From Candidatus Multivoradales bacterium (GTDB taxonomy: Bacteria; Acidobacteriota; Thermoanaerobaculia; Multivoradales; JAHEKO01): a stretch of DNA of 64,000 nucleotides. The translations under genes were made by a program, and so were the position numbers. Shown here in pieces: positions 57,698 to 64,000 of the stretch. Within the stretch, counting starts at the first letter, position 1. Every line of letters starts with the position of its first letter. The notes under the pieces are model-generated. The model saw only the letters and a list, made by a program, of their open reading frames with translations. It had not been told where the DNA came from and did not search any database. The stretch is from NCBI GenBank assembly GCA_965223855.1, contig CBDCXM010000009.1, positions 2,240,001 through 2,304,000 of the forward strand, written 5' to 3'.

Positions 57698-58531
57698 ATG
57701 TCGATCTTCCAGGCGATGATCCTCGGCCTCGTCCAGGGGCTGCTCGAGTTCCTGCCGATCAGCTCGTCCGGCCATCTGATCCTCGCTTCCAGGGTGCTCG
57801 GATGGCCCGATCAGGGACTCGCGTTCGACATGGCGGCCCACGCCGGTTCGATGGTGGCGATCGTCGCCTACCTGCGGCGCGACGTCGTCGCGCTCGTCCG
57901 GGGGGCCCTCGACCTCGTCCGATGGCGGCACAGCGACGAGGCGCGACTGGCCCTTCAGTTGGCGGTCGCCTCGATTCCGGTGGTGGTCGCCGGTGCGTTG
58001 CTGATCGACTTCGTCGCCACCTCCGGCCGCAGCCTCGCGGTGCTGGGAGTGACGTCGATCCTCTTCGGTGCTCTGTTGTGGGCGGCCGACCTCTACGCTC
58101 GCCGCACGACTGCGGGTAGAAAGGACGTCGATGCTGAGACGGTGCGGGCTCCATGGTCGTGGCGATCGATGCTCGTCGCCGGAGCCGCTCAGGCGCTGGC
58201 GGTGATCCCCGGGACCTCCCGCTCCGGGGTGACGATGTCCGCAGCTCTCTTCGACGGCCTGTCGCGCACCCGCGCGGCGCGCCTCTCGTTCCTGCTGTCG
58301 CTGCCGGTCGGCCTGCTGGTGGCCGCCAAGGACGGCTGGGAGATCGTCGCCGACCCGTCGGCGGTCGGGGGCTGGGCCGCCCTCGGTGTCGGCTTCGTCG
58401 CGGCCGCGGTCTCCGCGTATCTCGCCATCGACTGGCTGCTGCGCTGGTTGAAGCGCCGCGGTTTCGGCGGCTTCGCGCTCTACCGCATCGCCCTCGGCGT
58501 CGTGCTCCTCATGTTCCACTGGAGGGGCTGA
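57698..58531 (+). CDS. uppP: Undecaprenyl-diphosphate phosphatase
   Basis: GLVQGLLEFLPISSSGHL, PGTSRSG.T, A.R.SFL. Confidence 0.92.
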   Translation: MSIFQAMILGLVQGLLEFLPISSSGHLILASRVLGWPDQGLAFDMAAHAGSMVAIVAYLRRDVVALVRGALDLVRWRHSDEARLALQLAVASIPVVVAGALLIDFVATSGRSLAVLGVTSILFGALLWAADLYARRTTAGRKDVDAETVRAPWSWRSMLVAGAAQALAVIPGTSRSGVTMSAALFDGLSRTRAARLSFLLSLPVGLLVAAKDGWEIVADPSAVGGWAALGVGFVAAAVSAYLAIDWLLRWLKRRGFGGFALYRIALGVVLLMFHWRG

Positions 58532-58597
58532 CCACTTCACCGTGCCGTAGCTCCGAATCGTGCGCCACCTTCCACCCCAGCCGTCGGGTCCGCCGAC

Positions 58598-59185
58598 GTG
58601 ACCGCGACCCCCAGTGACGCGCAGGCGATCGCCGCCGCCCTCGAGGGGTCGGAGGAGGGGTATCGCCTCCTCGTCGAGCGCTATCAGAAGCCGGTTCTGA
58701 GCCTGATCCGGCGGATTGTGCGCGACGCCTCGTGGGCCGAGGATCTCGCTCAGGAGGCGTTCGTCAAGGCGTTCCGGGCGCTGGACACCTTCCAGCAGCA
58801 GCGCAAGTTCTCCAGCTGGCTCTTCAAGATCGCCCACAACACGGCGCTCGACGCGCTGCGCCGCAAGCGGATCGACACGGTGCCGCTGGAAACGTCGGAT
58901 CCGGACCGGGGCGATTTGCTAGATTTGCTGCCTGGCGACGACCTCGACACCCCCGAAAGCGCACTGCGCAGCCGCGGCCTGGCCGCGGCGATCCAGACGG
59001 CCATCGGACGGCTGCGGCCGGACTACCGGAGCGCCGTGGAGCTGAGGTTTCTGCAGGGCCTCGCCTACGAGGAGATCGCCGGGATCATGGACCTCCCGCT
59101 GGGGACGGTGAAGACCCACCTGCACCGGGCGCGCAAGGCGCTGATGGAGCATCTGAGCGAGTCGGGATGGACCCCCGAAGGATGA
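58598..59185 (+). CDS. ECF sigma factor (SigW/RpoE-like)
   Basis: AEDLAQEAF, KFSSWLFKIAHN, YEEIA....LPLGTVKTHLHRAR. Confidence 0.9.
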   Translation: MTATPSDAQAIAAALEGSEEGYRLLVERYQKPVLSLIRRIVRDASWAEDLAQEAFVKAFRALDTFQQQRKFSSWLFKIAHNTALDALRRKRIDTVPLETSDPDRGDLLDLLPGDDLDTPESALRSRGLAAAIQTAIGRLRPDYRSAVELRFLQGLAYEEIAGIMDLPLGTVKTHLHRARKALMEHLSESGWTPEG

Positions 59186-59236
59186 GCGAAACTTCCCGCG
59201 ACGAGGTCGCGTAGGGCCCAGAGAGCGGAAACCACC

Positions 59237-59746
59237 ATGCGAAACGACCGAAAACAGCTCGAATCCTGGTTCCAGGCGGAACGCAGCGGCGATACCGCGG
59301 CGGCGGAGCGCGCGCTGGGAGCCCTGCTTCAGGGGCTCCCCGAGGCGCGGGTACCCGCCGGCTTCGCCGGCGCCGTCGTCGAAGCGGCTGGCGTCGGTCG
59401 CGCCCGCTGGTGGGAACGTCATACCTGGCTGTGGCGGGCGGCCTTCGTCGCCTGGGCCCTGGCCGGTTTCCTGAGCTTCGCCTGGGTGTCGAGCCTCCTG
59501 GTGGGCGTCGTTCAATCAGGGCAGGCGGTCGGGCTCGGCTCGCGCCTGCTGGTGGTCGGCGGACGCATCGCCTCGGAGGCTCTCGCGGCCGCCGATGCGA
59601 TCGGGCGTGCCAGCCAGACCTTCACCGGGGCCCTCACCGGCCCTCAACTTCTGAGTTTTCTTTGGATCTGTGCGATCTCGATGGTGATCGCCGCGAGGGC
59701 GCTGAGTTCGATCATCGCCCCCGAGAGGAGTCTTCGTCATGGCTGA
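59237..59746 (+). CDS. Putative membrane-anchored anti-sigma factor
   Basis: Directly follows the ECF gene; soluble N-terminus with P.GFA..V, then TM helices. Confidence 0.55.
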   Translation: MRNDRKQLESWFQAERSGDTAAAERALGALLQGLPEARVPAGFAGAVVEAAGVGRARWWERHTWLWRAAFVAWALAGFLSFAWVSSLLVGVVQSGQAVGLGSRLLVVGGRIASEALAAADAIGRASQTFTGALTGPQLLSFLWICAISMVIAARALSSIIAPERSLRHG

Positions 59747-61427
59747 CCGTGCCTCCCGTATGTTTCGAATCTCGTCCCGTCGCAGCAGGTTGGCGGCGCT
59801 GTTCATGCTGACCCTGGCCCTGCCGACCCTGGCGCTGCTGGCTGCGACGCCGGCGGTCGCTCAGGAGAGTGCAGGCGATCTGATCGACGACCTGCAGCGC
59901 TACTTCACCGTGCTGCCGCTGAGCGACGGCATGCTGCTTCAGCCGCTCGACCAGGAATCGAGCCCGAGGACGGTCGAGGTTTCCGATGCCGGCATCGCGC
60001 TCGACGGCGCTCCGGCCGGCGACGACGAGGTCCGAGTTCGTCTCGGCGAGGCCGCTCCCGTGGTGCTCGCCGCAGCTCGCCTCGATGGTGCAGGGCGGGC
60101 CGAACTGCTGGCGCTGGCGCTCGGTCTGGCGACTGCCGAGGACGACGTTGCCGAGGACGCAGCTGCCGAGGACCCGGCCACCGACGATCCTGAGATCGAG
60201 GATGAAGACGCGGCCGACGCCGAGGCGGCCGACGAAGAGAATTCGCTCGTGGTTTCCGACGACGCCATCGACGAGGACGCGGAGAAGAGGGAAAGCCGGC
60301 GTCGCCGTCGCCGCTCCTCGAGCGGTGACACCGAGATCGTCGTCGGCAGCAATCGCACGATCGAGAGCGACGAGATCGTCGAGAACGTCGCCCTCTTCGG
60401 CGGCTACCTGAAGATTCTCGGCCGGGTCGAAGGTGACGCGGCGGTGGTCGGAGGGAGCGTGACCGTCGAAGGCGAGGTCACCGGCGACGTGACCGCTGTG
60501 GGCGGCGTCGTGAGGCTCCTCGACGGTGCGCACGTCATGGGCGACGTGGCGAGCGTCGGCGGTGAGGTCTACCAGGACGACGGAGCCCGCGTCGACGGCG
60601 ACATCGAAGACGTCAGCGTGCACACGAACTTCAACTTCGTTCCCTGGACCAACTGGCGCGACTGGGATCACTACCGCTTCGAGCACTCCTTCAGCCCGTG
60701 GGGCTGGTGGCGCGGGCTCGGCTGGAAGCTGGTGCGGATCCTCTTCCTCGGGGTGCTCGCCTGGCTCAGTCTGCTGGTCTTCCGCCGGCCGATCGGTCGC
60801 ATGGAAGAGCGCCTCGAGGCCGAGCCGTGGAAGTGCGGGCTCGTCGGTCTCCTGGCCGTCGCCCTGTTCGTGCCGATCGTCGTTCTGCTGTGTCTCTTCC
60901 TCGCAGTGTCGATCATCGGCATTCCGCTTCTGATCGTCGTCCCGTTCGGAGTGCTGGCCGCCGTCGTGGTCGCCTGGCTCGGTTTCGTTGCCGTCGCGGC
61001 CAGGATCGGCGAGGCACTCGAGAAGAAGTTCTCCTGGCAGCTCGGGAGCCCCTTCTGGGTGGTGCTGCTGGGGCTCGTCGCGGTGCTCTCGCTGTCGCTC
61101 GTCGGCGATCTCCTCAACTTCGGAGTGGCGCCGCTGCGCTTCATCGCCGGCATGTTCCTGTTCTTCGGCGGAGTGGTCTGGTTCGCGTCCTGGGTGCTCG
61201 GCACCGGAGCGGCGGTCCTGACCCGCTTCGGTACCTCGGAGACCTGGAATCGCGCCGAGGAGTGGAGCGCGCCGTTGCCGCCTGTACCCGCATCGGACGC
61301 CTCCGCAGACGGAGTCGACGAGGGTGACGAGAGCGCGGACCCGGTGTGGGACGAGAGTCCGTTCGACGACGGGGACGACGAGAGCGAAGCCGACACCGAC
61401 GAGGATCGGGACCGAGAGACAGAATAG
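59739..61427 (+). CDS. Membrane protein with bactofilin/polymer-forming beta-helix repeats and multi-TM C-terminus
   Basis: Signal peptide, acidic linker, GG...I.G.V.GD...VGG repeats, ~5 TM, acidic tail. Confidence 0.75.
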   Translation: MADRASRMFRISSRRSRLAALFMLTLALPTLALLAATPAVAQESAGDLIDDLQRYFTVLPLSDGMLLQPLDQESSPRTVEVSDAGIALDGAPAGDDEVRVRLGEAAPVVLAAARLDGAGRAELLALALGLATAEDDVAEDAAAEDPATDDPEIEDEDAADAEAADEENSLVVSDDAIDEDAEKRESRRRRRRSSSGDTEIVVGSNRTIESDEIVENVALFGGYLKILGRVEGDAAVVGGSVTVEGEVTGDVTAVGGVVRLLDGAHVMGDVASVGGEVYQDDGARVDGDIEDVSVHTNFNFVPWTNWRDWDHYRFEHSFSPWGWWRGLGWKLVRILFLGVLAWLSLLVFRRPIGRMEERLEAEPWKCGLVGLLAVALFVPIVVLLCLFLAVSIIGIPLLIVVPFGVLAAVVVAWLGFVAVAARIGEALEKKFSWQLGSPFWVVLLGLVAVLSLSLVGDLLNFGVAPLRFIAGMFLFFGGVVWFASWVLGTGAAVLTRFGTSETWNRAEEWSAPLPPVPASDASADGVDEGDESADPVWDESPFDDGDDESEADTDEDRDRETE

Positions 61428-61529
61428 GTTCGGGCCGGCCGGGGTCGCGGCCGGTTGCTCGGCCGGACCCTCGTGCGGGCTTCTCGCGTCAGCGGGAGGT
61501 CCGGCTGAGTGTGCCAAAATGGCCGGATC

Positions 61530-62963
61530 GTGAGAGACGCAGCGGAAGCTCCCACCATCCTCGTCATCGACGACGAGACCGGATCGCGCGAGTCGATGGC
61601 GCTCGCCGTCGAGAAGATCGGCGTCGGTGTCCGGACCTTCGACGACGCCCGCGAGGCGCTCGCCCATCTTGACGCCACTCCCGGAGCGGCGATCGCAATC
61701 TGCGATCTGCGGATGCCGGAGATGGACGGTATCGGCTTCCTCCAGGCGGTGCGAGAGCGGGAGCTCGACCTCGGCGTGATCCTCGTTACCGGCTTCGGCT
61801 CGATCGAGTCGGCGGTCGAGGCGATGCAGGTCGGCGCCGACGACTACCTCACCAAGCCGATCGACCTCTACGAGCTGCGCAAGCGGGTGATGAACCTGCT
61901 CGAGAACCGGCAGCTCAAGGAAGAGGTGACGAGCCTCAAGCGGATGCTCGACAAACGCTACGGCTTCGACTCGATCATCGGCCACTCGGCGGGGATGGAG
62001 ACGCTCTTCGAGCAGATGAACCTCGTCGCGCCGACGCGCTCGACCGTGCTCGTCACCGGCGAGAGCGGCACCGGCAAGGAACTGGTCGCGAACGCTCTCC
62101 ACCGGGCGAGCCCGCGGCGCGACGACCGCTTCCTGGCGATCAACTGCGGCGCGATCCCGGCGGACATTCTCGAGAGCGAGCTCTTCGGTCACGAGAAGGG
62201 GTCCTTCACCGGGGCCACCGGTCGCAAGATCGGCAAGTTCGAGCTCGCCCACCAGGGGACCCTCTTCCTCGATGAGATCAGCGAGCTCTATCCGGAGCTC
62301 CAGGTCAAGCTGCTACGGGTTCTCGAGGAGCGCAGCGTGATGCGGGTCGGCGGCAGCGAGCAGATCGACGTCGATTTCCGCCTGATCGCGGCGACCAACC
62401 GCAACCTCGAGCAGGAGGTCGCGGAGGGCCGCTTCCGGGAGGATCTGTTCTACCGGCTCAAGGTCGTGACGCTACGGATCCCGGCGTTGCGGGAGCGTCC
62501 CGACGACGTGCCGCTGCTGGCCGAGCACTTCCTCCAGCGCTACTGCGAGGAACACGGCAGGGAGCCCAAGCGTCTCAGCCCCGACGCGCTCGACATTCTC
62601 CAGTCAGCCGCCTGGCCGGGCAACGTGCGGGAGCTCAAGAACCTGATGGAGTCGGTGGTGATCTTCCATCAGGGGGAGGTGATCGAGCGCGCGGATCTGC
62701 CGGCCGACCTTCGCATGGCGGCGCCGCCGGACGGGGCGGGCAGGATTCAGGGCGCCGACGGCCCGGTGCGGACGATGGCCGAGATCGAGCGCCAGGCGAT
62801 TCTCGAGACGCTGGAGGTGTTCGGCGGCCATCGCGCCAACACCGCCAGGGCGCTCGGAATCGGGCTGCGGACGCTGCAGCGAAAGCTCAAGGAGTACCGG
62901 CGCGACGACGCCTCCGAGGCGGAGACCGCCGCCGGGCCGGCCACGGTCGAAGCGCCCGCCTGA
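61530..62963 (+). CDS. Sigma-54-dependent response regulator (NtrC/AtoC family)
   Basis: REC domain (DDE, DLRMP, KP), [37 protein letters not shown], Fis-type HTH. Confidence 0.95.
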   Translation: MRDAAEAPTILVIDDETGSRESMALAVEKIGVGVRTFDDAREALAHLDATPGAAIAICDLRMPEMDGIGFLQAVRERELDLGVILVTGFGSIESAVEAMQVGADDYLTKPIDLYELRKRVMNLLENRQLKEEVTSLKRMLDKRYGFDSIIGHSAGMETLFEQMNLVAPTRSTVLVTGESGTGKELVANALHRASPRRDDRFLAINCGAIPADILESELFGHEKGSFTGATGRKIGKFELAHQGTLFLDEISELYPELQVKLLRVLEERSVMRVGGSEQIDVDFRLIAATNRNLEQEVAEGRFREDLFYRLKVVTLRIPALRERPDDVPLLAEHFLQRYCEEHGREPKRLSPDALDILQSAAWPGNVRELKNLMESVVIFHQGEVIERADLPADLRMAAPPDGAGRIQGADGPVRTMAEIERQAILETLEVFGGHRANTARALGIGLRTLQRKLKEYRRDDASEAETAAGPATVEAPA

Positions 62964-62969
62964 CCTCCG

Positions 62970-63698
62970 CTACCCGGCGATCGCCGAGCGCATCTCGCGC
63001 ACCGCGGCGTCGATACCGACGAGCACCGCCCGCGCGACGAGGGCGTGGCCGATGTTGAGTTCGACGATCGGCTCGAGCGCCGCTATCGGACCGACGCTGT
63101 CGACGGTGAGGCCGTGGCCGGCGTAGACCTCGAAGCCTATTCCCGCCAGGGAGTCGGCGGTGGCGGCCACCGATTCCAGTTCACCGGCGGCCCCGGATTC
63201 GTTGCGGCGATGGGCGGCGGTGTAGCGGTCGGTGTTGATCTCCACCCCTGCGAGCCTCCCGGCCAGGGGAGCGAGCGCCTCCACCTGGCGCCGGTCTGGA
63301 TCGAGGAAGATCGAGGTGCCGATGCCGCTGCCGGCGAGCTGGTCGAGGGCGCGCTCGACGTCGTGGAGGCGCGCGGCGACGTCGAGACCCCCTTCGGTCG
63401 TCACCTCCTCCGGGCGTTCCGGGACGAGCGTCACCTGGTCGGGGCCGAGCCGCTTCGCCAACGCCAGCATCTCCCCGGTGGTGGCAATCTCGAGGTTGAG
63501 CTTGGCGTCGAACGCGGCTCGCAGCCGTTCGACGTCGGCGTCCTGGATGTGGCGTCGATCGCCCCGCAGGTGGACGGTGATGCCGTCGGCGCCGGCCGCC
63601 AGAGCCAGTCGTGCCGCCTCCACCGGGTCCGGGTAGTCGACACCGCGGGCCTCGCGCACGGTGGCGACGTGGTCGATGTTGACCGACAGGAGCGTCAT
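62970..63698 (-). CDS. pdxJ: Pyridoxine 5'-phosphate synthase
   Basis: VNIDHVATVREAR, HLRGDRRHIQ, LVPE...E.TTEGG, AGHGL, ELNIGH. Confidence 0.95.
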   Translation of the reverse strand: MTLLSVNIDHVATVREARGVDYPDPVEAARLALAAGADGITVHLRGDRRHIQDADVERLRAAFDAKLNLEIATTGEMLALAKRLGPDQVTLVPERPEEVTTEGGLDVAARLHDVERALDQLAGSGIGTSIFLDPDRRQVEALAPLAGRLAGVEINTDRYTAAHRRNESGAAGELESVAATADSLAGIGFEVYAGHGLTVDSVGPIAALEPIVELNIGHALVARAVLVGIDAAVREMRSAIAG

Positions 63699-64000
63699 GC
63701 GGCTCCCTCGGCGCCGGCGGTGGGGATCGACCGGTCGATCGCCGCGAGAATCTCGTCCGCCAGCTCCTCGATCATCTCCTGCTCCGGTCCCTCGATCATC
63801 ACTCTCGCCAGCGGCTCGGTGCCGCTGTAGCGCAGCACGATCCGGCCGTCGTCGCCGAGGGCTCGCCGGGCCCGATCGACGGCGTCGACGACGGCGGGGA
63901 GTGAGTCGAGCGGCGGCTTGCTCACCACCTCGAGGTTCTTGAGGATCTGCGGAAAGGTCTCGAAGCCCTCGAGCAGAGCGTCGAGCCCCCCGGGCGAGGC
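63695..64000 (-). CDS. glmM: Phosphoglucosamine mutase, C-terminal part (gene starts beyond window)
   Basis: FPQILKN.EV..K, GRIVLRYSGTEPLARVMIEG; ATGA overlap with pdxJ. Confidence 0.88.
   Translation of the reverse strand, partial: ASPGGLDALLEGFETFPQILKNLEVVSKPPLDSLPAVVDAVDRARRALGDDGRIVLRYSGTEPLARVMIEGPEQEMIEELADEILAAIDRSIPTAGAEGAA

Noticed and set aside
62170-62220. GSFTGA instead of GAFTGA in the NtrC-family regulator
   Set aside because: A common functional variant; not evidence of sigma54 independence.

Overview
GC-rich (~70%) bacterial chromosomal window. Gene content (type-B sdhCAB, futalosine mqnD, pcnB, pdxJ-glmM) is compatible with Acidobacteriota or a similar lineage; this is inference only. 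Most of it is housekeeping: TCA genes icd, sucCD and sdhCAB, plus ndk, pcnB, uppP, pdxJ and glmM. It also holds peptide, amino-acid, galactoside and fatty-acid catabolism genes, a two-permease RND locus and two ECF sigma modules. The strongest unexplained signal is a divergent membrane-tension/osmotic-stress island (50145-56119): Kbp-like BON-LysM, DUF937 and a multi-TM-helix CmpX-like gene on one side, and mscL, DUF3465, a SigX-like ECF, a CrfX-like small gene and cmpX/MscS-like on the other. Both divergent promoter regions carry the same bipartite motif TGTGACT-N14-CGGTC. A third exact copy lies ~45 kb away at 7620, directly upstream of a ~235-nt CU-rich, hairpin-rich, terminator-ended intergenic unit, a candidate ECF-controlled sRNA. 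Other points: a two-copy TIR-bounded hairpin repeat with compensatory changes, a low-GC ParB/Srx-like insertion, two apparent pseudo-enzymes, two candidate non-canonical pathway couplings (argE-hutF; galK-galU without galT), several probable leaderless genes, and two local clusters of frameshifts (likely consensus errors or decay). No rRNA, tRNA, CRISPR array or transposase was recognised.
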